The position numbers and the translations under genes are program-made. A stretch of 61,198 nt of DNA, the filler included, from Squatina squatina (lineage: Eukaryota), in the NCBI GenBank assembly GCA_031763465.1. It is 3 parts of 3 records of this genome, joined end to end, with 100 filler letters (N's around TTAATTAATTAA, not from the genome) between each part and the next. Parts side by side here need not be neighbours in the genome. Positions count along the whole stretch, not along the records: positions 15,057 to 45,588 come from JARFOE010000100.1; 2 more parts are not named here. One strand, written 5' to 3'. The notes below the pieces were generated by a model. The model searched no databases. It was not told the DNA's origin and saw only the letters and a list, made by a program, of their open reading frames with translations. Positions 23,160-36,870 of this stretch are shown here, piece after piece. Each line of letters opens with the position of its first letter. Position 1 is the stretch's first letter.

Positions 23160-26100
23160 ATTAACTTGTCCCTCGGTGGAAGCATGGGAGCAGTGAATCC
23201 ACCCTATAAAGAGATGGGTCTGTTTGGTGATTATAAAGTTAGAATTAAAAAACGGTTGGTTTGTGCTCCTTGGAGGTTCAGTGGATGAATTCAATGGGGG
23301 AAGGCGAGGCAGCAGTTTGCTGCATCTTGAGGGACTAAGGCTTGAGGCCTCTGAGTGTCTAATGCACAGTGTACAATAACTTTACCCAAATGCCCTTGAG
23401 ATGAGTCTGTGCACCAGTTTGTGGGAATGCTTGGAGAATGTAAATTAATTAACATGGAAAAACTGCACAGATTCCGAACTTTCAACCTCAATTTGAAACC
23501 ATTTTGTCACAGAAAAACTCCCTGAACTATCCCAAAGGCATAGTTGATGAAGACATTGCCTTGTATGGTACTGAAGGACGTCTTAGTTTTGCACTGTGGT
23601 CTGCGCTGAGTTCACTAACCTCAGTGAAGCCGGTAATATAGTTAACCTCAGCATCCTAAGAAAGGTGGCCAAAAAAATCAGTCAGAGATCCTGCTTGTCC
23701 TCGCTGCCCTATATTGAGCTTCTCAATATTCATCTCCTATATTCACATATGAAGCGTGGCCACCATAGTATCAGAGCACAGCTGGTGCCCGTGGAGCCAT
23801 ACCCTAGTGTGAGTCACCACTGTACAGAGAAAAGGTGTTGAGCGGAAATAAATGCGGATCCCATTTATTCACTTTCCCTTTTCTATTTTCGAGAGGTTTT
23901 CTGCAAAATGTTCCTTTATCACCACCCCCCCCCCTCTCCCCCGCTATTTTATTCTCCACTGTCACTATTCTGCTTTACAGGCCCAGCTATTTGGAATTCC
24001 CCCAGTTAGCCTTCTGTACCTTCAGAAATGTTGCCTCCACTGTCCTGAAGCTATTCCCCCCACACATCTGCTGCCATACCCATGTCCATTAGGTAGGCAT
24101 GAGCCTTGACAGTGAGTCTCAGTAAACTATTCTACCACAGGGGAAAAAGCAGCGCCATAGCCCAGCACAATCTTGTCCTCACTTAGTATCCACATGCAGG
24201 CACTTCCAGCAGGGGATCTCTGGAGACCAATCACGAGTGGGAACACTGCCTATTTTTCTCCTGCCTAATCCAGCACAGGCTAGGGGTCAAATCTGGGACT
24301 TTCTCTTATTGCCTCGATTTTAACCCCCGTTGCCCAGCGAGAATGGTGCATGGGGGGAATTAAGATCCGGCCAAGTTGACTTATCAGCCTGAGGTCACTC
24401 TGTTCCTGCCTGGTGCCATTTCATCCCCGCCGACTTTCAAGCTGGCCGAAGCTCCCGCTGACATCATCAGTGCCGCGACATAATCTTAACTAAAATTCAG
24501 GAGGAGTCCAGCACCACCTGGAACCCGACAGCAGAACCATGGGAGGCGGTGCTGACTAGCCAGAAGAGTTCGTTAAAAATGGTCCACAAGGAGTCATTGG
24601 GCATTCCCAGCCCCGACCTCCCCTCGATCTTGGTGGAAACCACCCCTGACTCACTGGATACAATTGTTGAACTAGTGAAACACCAGTTTTTTTTCTACGT
24701 CTGTTCCTCTGGNNNNNNNNNNNNNNNNNNNNNNNNNNNNNNNNNNNNNNNNNNNNNNNNNNNNNNNNNNNNNNNNNNNNNNNNNNNNNNNNNNNNNNNN
24801 NNNNNNNNNNNNTTCTGGTGACACTCTAAATCACTACATTAAGTCTGCACATTATTGTTGTATTATAAGCTTGCAAAACCGTTGTCCTGGCAAATTTAGT
24901 GATGCATGGTGATATGACATGATCAGGAGAGACACGTGCAAAACAGAGATGGAAGTAAGAAATGCATGTGTAAAGGTTCTCTGGGAATAGGGGACTGCAT
25001 TCAGCAGATGTCTTTCACCATATGTCTCAATGAACTGGCAAGTATTCACCTTTCAAGACAAGATATACACCATCTTAGTCTATTAATTTCTTTATCTACC
25101 ACACACAAATGTTATTTCTATGACATAGCTATAAGTTCCTCTTGTATTGCTTTTATGAAGCTGTATAACACAAATTAATTATCATTTTATCTTATCTAGT
25201 AACCTGGATGTGTAGCACAAAATTTAAAATAATGCATAAACCTTAAGCAGAGATATACAACTGGAGAAAGAAATAAAAGAAAACAGCAAAAGCCATTTCT
25301 CCAGCACTCCTCACGTCGGAAGACAGATCAAAGCACTTAGCACGAAGGAAAAGACCATGAGGCTCTTCTGTTGCTGAAGTGCAGCTCTTTCCAACTCCCC
25401 ACATATTCAATCCCGATGTGAGAGATGCTGAATGGCATAAAGGTGTGATCAGCTACAATATTACAGACACCTTACTTCTATTTTGTTAATCTAAGGAATA
25501 TACTTTTGAATTAATAATCACAACAAAAAGAAATTAATTTGAGCTCAAATTATTACCAGATTTAATGACAAAACCGACCACTCACACTTGGATCTTCAAT
25601 AGTAAACCAACTCAGACAGCAAAGAAAACGGAGAAACAGACACTGATAATTCTGCAACCACAAGCAGAAACCTGCAGCAAAATACTGGCCTCTGCAGTAG
25701 GAAAGAAGCCAGCCCAGATGGCATTACCTGGAGGGGAGGCACCGCTTAGGGTGTATGGAACAAATAGCGATGGCTAAGAAGAGAGAAAGGGATGGAACCA
25801 AGGATGAGGGAGAGCGATGAAATAGGGAGAAACAACAGCAGGCATTTCTGTAAGGTTTTTCACATGCAAGAAGACAACTCCAACCACTTTAGCTTAAGGA
25901 AGGAAAGAAACAATGGACACTAAGTGCAGTTACGAAAGGTGCACAATGCATGGACTCTTTGAAACCAGAATCCAAAATTCTTGAAATTATTTCCAGGAAG
26001 TTTTTTGCAATTGTATTGATCTTACAAGGAGATCTCTGTGGGAGTTCACATGTGACACTGAAGACTGGCAATGATAGGACTGCCCTGGATTTCTGGGTGT

Positions 26101-26312
26101 CCTTTCTTTAAGGCTCTAATGAAAAGCAAAATTGAATGGGCTATAAAGCAGGCGGCCAATCGCTGTGGTCTATTTCCTGCCTGGCAGGAAGAGTTAATAT
26201 CGCCTACCACCAGCCTCCCCCCCCGGCCACCCCCACCCCCCAATATCTCTCCAGTGGAGTTCTTGACAAGAGCTGCACAACTTATATTCCAGTTTAGTCA
26301 TATCTAATGGTA

Positions 26313-27007
26313 GAGGGCGAAATTCGGCCTATTTTTTCGCCCCGCTAAGAGGGCACAAATGCAAAAAAATAGCACTGGGAGGCAGCTATCTCACCTCCCG
26401 GGAAATTCCCCAGTGGGTCCTTGAGGCACAAAGGCCCTTGCGGCTTGCCCAGGGAATTTCGTGGCAGGTCGGCGCGCAACATCATAAAAGTGCGCGCCGA
26501 ACCCATACCACGCAACCACATCGACTTACCGCACCCTCTGCGCCCTGCAGGTGAAATTCCCTCACAGGTTACGGCGGCCACGCTGGTCGGGCCCCATTAA
26601 AGGGGAGGGCCGGAGCACCGGCGGCCGCCATATTTAATCATCGGCCAGCTCTATGATCGGCCGATTCATGGCGGCCCACACCCCCGACTGGGCAACCATC
26701 TGTTCGCCTGGCACACCAATTAGCATGCCAAGCTTATGGCCCAGTCACCAAGGTCCCTTTGAGGGAGGGAGCGCACCATGTCTGACGTCAGTGCACTGCA
26801 GCACAGGCGCACCACCCTGACGTTGTCAGAGAGGCGCTGACATTGTCAGAACCATGCTGGCAACGTCCGGGGCCGTACGCCCCAGTACCACCCAGGGAGC
26901 GAAGTGGATATTGCTCCGCCTCACTCCCACTGCAGTACGGGGAATACCGCAGGGGTGTAGTTGCAGGAGCCAACGATAAAACTGCTGGCTCCCGGAATTT
27001 CGCCCCC
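26313..27007. mobile_element. GC-rich PIF/Harbinger-like MITE
   Basis: TIRs GAGGGCGAAATTC and GAATTTCGCCCCC (12/13 match) enclose a CpG-rich non-coding interior. Confidence 0.65.
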
Positions 27008-27104
27008 ATAGTATAAGCTCAAACACAAGCCCACTGGATACTCAGCTATACAATGTGCAAGTTTGTCACGATAAACTTTGTGATTTATCACTCCACATTA
27101 TTTA

Positions 27105-27161
27105 AGAGCATAAGAAATAGGAGCAGGAGTAGGCCATACGGCCCCTCGAGTCTGCTCCATC
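27105..27161 (-). mobile_element. CR1 LINE 3' tail fragment
   Basis: AGAAATAGGAGCAGGAGTAGGCCATACGGCCCCTCGAG has the same tail as the CR1 at 35255. Confidence 0.8.
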
Positions 27162-29075
27162 NNNNNNNNNNNNNNNNNNNNNNNNNNNNNNNNNNNNNNN
27201 NNNNNNNNNNNNNNNNNNNNNNNNNNNNNNNNNNNNNNNNNNNNNNNNNNNNNNNNNNNNNCCCGCCACGGTTTCTAATAAATAACCTGGATTCAAAAGC
27301 TAAATATAAGCAAGTGAAACTCAGAGAAAACACCACAGTTAAATATTCTGCTGACACTCACAATCCGTTCTCAGACTGAATAATGACTACTTGCTCAAGG
27401 TTTTATTGGGGAGGTTGCCAACACCTGTGAAACCCTACCAAAGCACGAGCCACCGATTTCAGGAGAGAAAAGAAAGGGTGGAGATAATGGGCTAGAGTTT
27501 CCTCCATGTCAGATTTACCACCAGAACTAAATTTCTGCCTATTTGTGTGACACTGCTGTAACGGGGTTTTTGACTGGGGAACTGACGCCGAACAACTGCA
27601 TCCCATTTTCCTGCACCATCCATCCTGAATCTGCCACAGGCTGGGTGATAAATGGAAGGGAAATGTGAATACAAATATCTTTTGCTCAGGTTTACTGTCT
27701 TAAAAAAACTTACATGAAGCTCGTTATATGATGCTACAGTACTGCTGTGAAGGAGACCCTGAAATTAATAATGGTGGCTCAGTGGATATTGTTGAATATG
27801 AAACTATAATTTTGAATTGTATTACTGATGGGAAGCTGTGAAAACAGAAATAAGTTAATTATAGTTATTATATATACCTTGGTATTCATCCCTAGATTAA
27901 ACATACATTATTAATAGCCTGAGCTTTTATGTGTATTATCTGCCCGACAGACTGCTCCACTTCCATGCATCCTCATTGTGTTGAAATGAGGACACATCAC
28001 ATTGTTGCCTGCTCTATCTGATGCTTTCCCCGGATTTCAAAACGATGGAACTCTTTACCTCCCTCAGTTTTTCCATCTTCCGACAATCTTCTGGCTTTTA
28101 AGACCAAAGTTAAACCCAATTCCTGTTAACTGAAAGTAACTTAATTTGAATTACTGGATAATTAAATTTTTAGCANNNNNNNNNNNNNNNNNNNNNNNNN
28201 NNNNNNNNNNNNNNNNNNNNNNNNNNNNNNNNNNNNNNNNNNNNNNNNNNNNNNNNNNNNNNNNNNNNNNNNNNNCCCCTAAACAAGCGACCTTTGTACA
28301 CTGGGTTAGCAGTGCTGTCAGTTAAATAACTGCAATCTGAAAGTAAATCATGAAATGAAAAAAAGTGCTTGGGTATGTAATTGACTTCTGCACCTGGTAA
28401 GCAAAGAGAAAAGATACAGGTAGCACAGTTTGACACCTAGACTTTTAATCAAATAAAAAGTTAAACCACTCGTCAGTTGGCCAATTGTTCATATTTTGCA
28501 TTGCATAAATGCTTCGTAAATTTTCAAAGCATTAAATGCATTAAATGGTTCCTGTAAACTGCTATCTGCAACAATCCACCGTGTGACCACAACTTAACCT
28601 TCACAGTGTAGGTAAAGGCAGCTTGTATCCTCTGAAGAGCTCAGTGATCCAAAACTTCTCATTTTTATTTTACGGCTTGCTCTCTCGTGTCAGAACTGGT
28701 GGATGTCGGAGCAGAGTGCACTTCAATCAAACCATAAAAAATGTAACTTTCCTAACAGCCAGATTGCCAGGATTAATAAAAATCCTTCTCAGAGTCCACC
28801 CAATAAGTACCCTGGAAATGTTTTTCCTACTGAGGTCTGAGTTGTAGTGCANNNNNNNNNNNNNNNNNNNNNNNNNNNNNNNNNNNNNNNNNNNNNNNNN
28901 NNNNNNNNNNNNNNNNNNNNNNNNNNNNNNNNNNNNNNNNNNNNNNNNNNNATGTTTTCCACTCTGGTTGGGTGAGCTGCTGAGAAAAGGATGGTGATAG
29001 AGGGCACTGTAATCGTTTTTTTACATCTAAATGCAGCGCAGTGTTTTGTGAATATTTCTTTTCTTCAATTTTCAG

Positions 29076-29126
29076 AATTCAGAAGGAATTAGCCGAAATC
29101 ACACTGGATCCGCCCCCGAACTGCAG
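29076..29126 (+). CDS. UBE2E3: Ubiquitin-conjugating enzyme E2 E3, 51-bp exon
   Basis: TTTTCAG acceptor, (R)IQKELAEITLDPPPNC(S), GTAAGT donor. Missed by the ORF track. Confidence 0.95.
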
Positions 29127-31759
29127 GTAAGTGAGGTTGATCAATTGGCAGGTTGCAAAATGTGACCAAGTTCCCAAACAGTGATGCAATTTAAGTGAAT
29201 ATGTCATGCCAGTGAATGCATGTCTTTTGCAGTTTCTGTACAAACAGAGGCATTTGGTAGATAACTAATATCTTAAGAGGGATATGAGATAAGGCATAAA
29301 TTATAGGGAACAACTGTTCAGACTTCTGTGACTGTGAATGCTTGAAAGCAGGCCAACATCTTAAAGATATACAAAGGTTTTTANNNNNNNNNNTCTTTTG
29401 TGGGGCATGTGAGGGGGGAAAAGAACCCATTTAACTGTTGTAGCTGGAGTGTAACTTTTGTGTTGGACTTTTTGTTTTCCTGAGGAAAATTACTGACTTC
29501 GTTCATGAGATGGAGCTTACTTTTAAACCGATCAAATCTTCAAATTTTACTTTGGATTAATTAACCAATTTTTGACATTTGCCGTCAAGTCAATGTAGAA
29601 ATGCACATTAGTTATACCTGAGAATTTCAGAAGTTCTCAATGTGGAAGAGAAGTGAAGTAAGGTTGTCTTCANNNNNNNNNNNNNNNNNNNNNNNNNNNN
29701 NNNNNNNNNNNNNNNNNNNNNNNNNNNNNNNNNNNNNNNNNNNNNNNNNNNNNNNNNNNNNNNNNNNNNNNNAAGCTCGGCAAGTTAGACCTGAAAAATA
29801 ACAAAATAACATGTGTAGTGTTGACAAAAGGGAGTGAACTGCAACATTTATCCCTAAACAAAATTGTCTAACATATGCCTAACAGAACATACTGTAAAGC
29901 TCCTGATTTAAATGAGTTTTAGTGGTCTTAGCCTTGCTTCTACTGGGCATGGTCCACAGAACAAAACTGCCAAAATTGTATTTCAGATTTCATTGTTTTT
30001 CTGCAATATGTCATTAGTTAGAATGACATTGAAATACATAAGGATAAGATCAAATCCATGACATCCCTCGTCAAACAGTCCATCAAAAATGAATGAAAGA
30101 AATAGGGTTTAAAACCTATCTACTTCACAGATAACCACGATGACCTAAATTACTAGCAAGAAATATTTAAATAATTCAGAAAAGCAATAGCTCATTTATT
30201 AAAACTTTAATATATATACTAAAGTTCTAAATATGTACCTTTTTATTATTCACATATTCTCAATGGACTGTTAGGCCATTGTAATCATGATTGAATTTAG
30301 TGATCGTAGTTTAGCTTTGCTGAGATTATGTGACTCCATTTGGTTTATCATAATGGAGAAATTTGACATTCCACAAATATAGAATTGGTTTTTCAGGGCC
30401 AGAACAGATGTTTAGCAATCAAAATGCCATTAAAAACCCAGTTACTCTTCTTTCCACAATACTTAACATTTTATGGAGTTCTAACAGCGATATTAGAGCG
30501 GGAAAAGGGAAGTTTTCACCAGTTCAAGTGACTTCAGTGATTGCCTGCTCTAGGAAGTTCCACAATGCAGCCTGTGGTGGAGCAGGGAATGATTGACTGC
30601 AACTTCGGGATTCTCACGTTTATCTGCGCAGACACTGAATCCTGAAGTTATGCTCAGTTTCAGAGGAATAATGACAACGAACGCAAACAGTTTTATCATC
30701 GTTACCACCGCAAAATCTAGACTAGCTTAGTCTGTTTACACCTCCCATTTTCCAACACCACATTTCTTTGCTAATTTAAAGTTTGCAGAATAATTTCCTC
30801 CAACGTTTACCATTTGCAGCTTTATCGATGATTTGTAATTAATGGTATTTTGATTAATTTGTTAAAGAAGGTTACAGCGAGCATTCTAAAATAGAATAGA
30901 ATCATAGAATCTTACAACACAGAAGGACGCCATTTGGTTTATTGCAATTGTGCTGACTTTTTGAAAGAGCTATTCAATTAGTCCCATTCTGTATAAATTG
31001 AGAAATTTTCAGTTGGCATTTCCTGAATGGAGTTGCACTTCAGAGTACATGACATTTTACATACTTTGTCCAATCTTTACAGATCGGATACATATTCCAA
31101 AAAAAATTAAATTGTAATGCTAGTAAATTTCCTGCTTAAGTCAGTGCTTATCTAGATTTTTGTTCTGTTTCTGTCAACCATAAATGTGATCCACTTAATC
31201 ACTGTAACTGTGACTAAATCCAACTTAAAACAATTCAACACATTAAACAGTCAATTTTTCAAAAAAAGCACTTTGGTGTCCAAAAGATAAGTGTGAGCTG
31301 AAGGGAATAAAGACCGAGAGTTATGCTAAATATGCTTGAACCGATTTTACTGTTGAGGAACAGGTATGTTAATCTTATGTGCAGTCCACCTGGGTGTACT
31401 AATTGATACTCATTCACATTTCTAATTTAATAGCCGGCAAGCAATTATTCCTAGCTACTTATGTTTATTCTTATATTTCCTAAGCAGTCATTCCTGAATT
31501 CATTGACCTTGCCATCATAGAAATATTTCTGTCACAGGCAGAGAATGAGTTACTGTAACATGAGAATACTGCATTTATTGTTGACTGTTGCACTGAATAT
31601 GTAAGGAAAGAAGTTTTGAGATAAAAGGCTACATAGTTGAAGTTAAGGTACCTCTAAAGGATAATTTCCTCTTGTCTAGTCTCAATCCTCTTACCTAGAT
31701 TCTGTCCTTTTATCCCCCTTGTCCAGTCTTTACCTATTTACATCCAGTTATGATGTAAA

Positions 31760-32075
31760 GGCAGAAAAACAGTAGGTCAGCATCATCTGTCACAAGAACA
31801 CAGATGCTTTGATGTTTCAGGTAGAGACCCTTCCTCAGAACTGAGATATTATAGATGAACAGTATTTAAAAATGGTTCAGTGGCCAGGACAGTATTCTGA
31901 CTTGATGTGGGAGATCCCATCCCCGTTCCAAGAAATAACCTGCTCACTGGAAATGCTGGCCCATTTTATCCATCTGATGAAAGATGCCTGTCCAAAAAAC
32001 ATCATGTGTCTATTCACTTCTCAGATGCTGATAGGTATGCTCTGTATTTCCATTAGTTTCTGTTTTTATTTCGAT
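31760..32075. mobile_element. Degenerate palindromic Penelope-derived repeat with a second hammerhead-like motif
   Basis: Left arm on the minus strand reads GUU-CUGAGGA-A-GGGU-CUCU-ACCU-GAAA-CA-UC (31806-31843). The right arm starts CTGATGAAAG (~31974) and ends in ...TTTCTGTTTTTATTT, inverted relative to the left arm. Confidence 0.5.
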
Positions 32076-32442
32076 AGGTTGGTGATTATGCTGCAACCAG
32101 TTGTATATGTTGAAATTGCATTCCAAACAAGGCAAATGTGCAATGCTTTCATAGCTGCTTTATTTCACGTGGTTTGTGAAAATAAATATTCTTGGAAATT
32201 TAAGACTATTGCTATAACCACCTCTCTTTGTAGATTAAATTTCTTATCCCTTTTTTCTAAGTCACCTCAACCCATTTTCCTTCCTCCTGGAGGTTATTTA
32301 TCCTGTTAGATCCTTTTCAGCCCTAGATGTGAGCACGAGTTAGTGGCATAATTTACATAGTGCATGTGTCACCATTGACAGCATTATTAAATCTTTTGTT
32401 TGCTGTAAAGAACAACTGTTTGTCTTTGCATATTATCTTTAG

Positions 32443-32876
<434 letters not shown>

Positions 32877-32976
32877 NNNNNNNNNNNNNNNNNNNNNNNN
32901 NNNNNNNNNNNNNNNNNNNNNNNNNNNNNNNNNNNNNNNNNNNNNNNNNNNNNNNNNNNNNNNNNNNNNNNNNNNN

Positions 32977-33308
32977 AGAGGATGTTTCCTCTCATGGGTG
33001 AGTCTAGGACCAGAGGACACAGTCTCAGAATAAGGGGGCGCCCATTTAAGACAAAGGCAAGGAGGAATTTCTTCTCCAAGAGGGAATCTTTGGAACTCCT
33101 TGCCACAGAGGGCTGTGGAGGATGAGACCTTGTGCACATTTAAGTCTGAGGTAGATAGATTTCTAATCAGTAAGGGAATCAAGGGCTATGGGAAGAAGGC
33201 AGGAAGTTGGACTTGAGAAATGTCGGATCAGCCATAATCCAATTGAAAGGCAGAGCGGGCTCGATGGGCCAAATAGCCTACTCCTGCTCCTACTTCTTAT
33301 GGTCTTAT
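32977..33308 (+). mobile_element. CR1 LINE 3' end
   Basis: RMFPLMGESRTRGHSLRIRGRPFKT...RRNFFS, then the tail GCCTACTCCTGCTCCTACTTCTTATGGTCTTAT. Confidence 0.9.
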
Positions 33309-35250
33309 GGTACAGCCTGGGTTAGATACAGAGTAAATCTCCCTGTACACTTGTCCCATCAAACGCTCCCAGGGCATATTGAGCACGGGTCAGATACAGA
33401 GTAAAGCTCCCTCTACACTGTCCCATCAAACACTCCCAGGGCAGGTGCTGCATGGGTTTGATACAAACTGAAGTTCCCTTCACCTTATCCCATCAAACAC
33501 TCCCAGGGCAGGTACAGCACGGGTTAGATACGGAGTAAAGCTTCCTCTGCACCGTCAAAGCAAAAACATCCTGGACAGGTACAGCATGGGTTAGATAAGG
33601 AGTAAAGCTCCCTCTACACTGTCCCATCAAACAATCTCAGCACAGGTACAGCCCAGGTTAGATACAGAGTAAAGCTCCCTCCACACTATCCCATCAAACT
33701 CTCCAAGAACAGTTACAGCACAGCGATACGTACAGAATGAAGCTTCCTCTAAACTGTCCCATTAAATACTTCCTGAACAGGTACAGTCTGGGTTAGATAC
33801 AGAGTAAAGCTCACTCTGCACTTGTCCCATCAAGTACTCCCAGGAGAGGTACAGCACGGTTTAGATACAGAGTAAAGCTCCCTCTACACAGTCCCATCAA
33901 ACAATCTCAGCACAGGTACAGCCCGAGTTAGATACAGAGTAAAGCTCCCTCCGCACTATCCCATCAAACACTCCAAGAACAGTTACAGCACAGCGCTAGG
34001 TGCAGAATGAAGCTTCCTCCAAACTGTCCCATCAAACACTTCCAGCGCAGGTACAGCATGAGTTAGATACAGAGGGAAGCTCCCTGTACATTGTCCCATC
34101 AAACACTCCCAGGGCAGGAACAGCACGGGTTAGATACAGAGTAAAGCTCCCTCTACAATGTCCACATCAAGCACTTCCAGGGCACAAACAGCGCAAGTTG
34201 CACACAGAGCAAAACTCCCTCAACACTGTCCCTTCAAACACTTCTAGGGCAGGTACAGCATGGCATCAGAGTAAAATTCCATCTACACTGTTCCATCCAA
34301 CACTATGAGGACAGGTACAGCACGGGTTAGGTACAGAGGGAAGCTCTCTGCACAGTTCCTCATCAAACATTGTCAGGTCAGGTATAGCAAGGAGTTAAAC
34401 ACAGAGTAAAGCTCCCGCAACACTGTCTCATCAAACACTCCCAGGGCCGGTCGAACACAGAGTTAGATACAGAGTAAAGGTCCCATTATACTGTCCCATC
34501 AAACACTCCCAGGGTAGGTACAGCATGGGTTAGATACAGGATAAAGTTCACTCTACAAGGTCTCATTAAACACTCTCAAAGCAGGAACAGTACACATTAG
34601 ATACAGAGTTAAGCTCCATCTACATACAGATTTTTGAGAAAAAGGGAGTCAGAGGTCTGGGGAACAGGCAGTAAAGTGAAATTGAGGCCAAAATCAGATC
34701 AGCCACGATCTCATTGAATGGTGGAGTAGGCTCGAGGGGCTGAATGGCCTACTCCTGCTCCATTTCTTATGTTCCACATTGTCTCATCAAACCCTCCCAA
34801 ACAAAGCAGGTACAGCACCGGCTACCAACAGAGTAAAGCTCCCTCGACACTGTTCCAGCAAACATTCCAGGGCAGGTACAGCACGGGTTTAGATGCAGAG
34901 TAAAGCTCCCTTTACATTGTCCCATCAAACATTCCAAGCAGGTACAGCACGGGGTTAGAAGCAGACTAAATTTCCCTTTACACTGTCCCATCAAACATTT
35001 CCAGGGCAGCTACAGCAGGGCATTAGATATAAAGTAAATCTCCCTCTACACTGTCCCATCAAACACTCCCGGGTAGGAACAGCATGTGGTTACATACAGA
35101 GTAGTGGTTCCTCTGCACTGTCCTATCAAACACTCCTAGGGCAGTACAGCATGGGTTAGATATAGAGTAAAGCTCCCTCTACGTTGTCTCATCAAACACT
35201 CCCAGAGCAGGTACAGCACGGGTTACCAACAGAGAAAAGTTCCCTCTACG
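33309..35250. repeat. 67-bp tandem satellite array (~27 units) in the last UBE2E3 intron
   Basis: Consensus GCAGGTACAGCACGGGTTAGATACAGAGTAAAGCTCCCTCTACACTGTCCCATCAAACACTCCCAGG. GTAAAG at 33401, 33535 and 33602 gives a 67-bp period. Interrupted at 34625-34770. Confidence 0.95.
34625..34770 (+). mobile_element. 5'-truncated CR1 3' end inserted in the satellite
   Basis: GATCAGCCACGATCTCATTGAATGGTGGAGTAGGCTCGAGGGGCTGAATGGCCTACTCCTGCTCC tail. Confidence 0.85.
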
Positions 35251-35254
35251 TAGA

Positions 35255-36870
35255 AACATAGATAATAGGAGCAGGAGTCGGCCATTTGGCCTCTCGAGCC
35301 TGCTCCATCATTCAACATGATCATGGCAGATCCTCTAACTCAACCCCATTCTGCTGCTCTCTCTCCATTTCCCTTGATGCCTTTAATATCGAGGAATTTA
35401 CCTCTTTCTGTCTTGAATCTACTCAATGACTGAGCCTCCACAGCCTTCTGAGAGAGAGAATTACAAAGATTCACCACCCTCTGAGTGAAGACATTTCTCC
35501 TCATCTCAGTCCCATATGACTCACCCCTTATTCGGAGACTGTGACCACTAGTTCTAGACTCCACATACAGGGGAAACATCCTCGCTGCATCTTGCCTATT
35601 GAGCACTGTATATTTTTTTTACGTTTCAAGGAGCTCACCTCTCATTCTTCTAAACTCTAGAGAACTACAGGCCTGTTCTACCTAATCTCTCTTCATAGTA
35701 CAATCCCACCATCCCAGGAATCAATCTGGTGAACCTTCGTTTCACTCATTCTATGGCACGTACATCCTTTCTTTGCGAAGGACACCAAAACTGTACACAA
35801 TAATCCTTAGATAAGGACACCAAAAATGTACACAATACTCCAGGTGCGGTCTCACCAAGTCCCTATATAACTGCAGTAAGACATCCTTGCTGCTGTACTC
35901 AAATCCTCTTGTAATAAAGGCCAACATATCATTTGTCTTCCTAATTGTTTGCTGCACCTGCATGTTAGCTTTCAGTGACTGGTCGACTCGGACACCCAGG
36001 TCCCTTTGCACATCAACATTTCCTAATCTATCATCATTTAAAAAATACTCTGCCTTTCTGTTTTTCCCACCAAAGTGGACAACTTCACATTTTTCGACAT
36101 TATACTGCATCTGCCATGTTTTGCCCATTCACTTAGCCTGTTTATATCACCTTGAAGCCGCTTTACATCCTCCTCACAACTCACATTCCCACCTAGTTTG
36201 GTGTCATCAGCAAACCTGGAAATATTACATTTGGTCGCCTCATCCAAATCATTGATATAGATTGTGAATAGCTGGGGCCCAAGCACCGATCCCTACTAGT
36301 CACTGCCTGCCAACCTGAAAATGACCCGTTTATTCCTTCTCTCTGTTTCCTGTTTGTTAACCAATTGACAATCCATGCCTGTATCTTACCCCAAATACCA
36401 TGTGCTCTAATTTTGCACACAAACCTCTTGTGTGGGACCCTTACAGAAAAAGCTCTCTGAAAATCCAAATACACCACATCCACTGGCTCCCCCTTATCTA
36501 CTCTGCTGGTTACATCCTCAAAAAACTCCAGTAGATTTGTCATACATGATTTCCCTTTCCTAAATCCATGTTGGCTCTGCTTGATCTTGTTATTGTTATC
36601 TACGTGTCCTGTTATCGCATCCTTTATAATGGACTCCAGCATTTTCCCTGCTACTGATGTAAGGCTAACGGGTCTGTAATTCACTGTTTTCTTTCTCCCT
36701 CCTTTCTTAAATTGTGGGGTTACATTTGCAACTCTCCAATCTGCAGGAACTGTTCTAGAATCTATAGAACTTTAGAAGGTGACAAACAATGCATCTAATA
36801 TTTCGAGAGCCACCTCTTTCAGAACCCTGCGCTGTAGATTATCAGGTCATGGAGATTTATCGACTTTCAG
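35255..36870 (-). mobile_element. CR1 LINE ORF2 (RT) plus 3' tail, 5'-truncated and frameshifted
   Basis: NYRPVSLTSV, QHGFRKGKSC, DVVYLDFQRAF, LGPQLFTIYIND, RFADDTK and LVRPHLEYCV motifs in successive minus ORFs; ~35-bp internal duplication at 35778-35840. Confidence 0.95.

Noticed and set aside
26313-27007. CpG-island promoter for UBE2E3/CWC22
   Set aside because: It is bounded by terminal inverted repeats and has no recognisable first exon, so a MITE explains it better.
33309-35250. CRISPR-like regular array
   Set aside because: The whole 67-bp unit is repeated with no unique spacers, there are no cas genes, and the context is a vertebrate intron.
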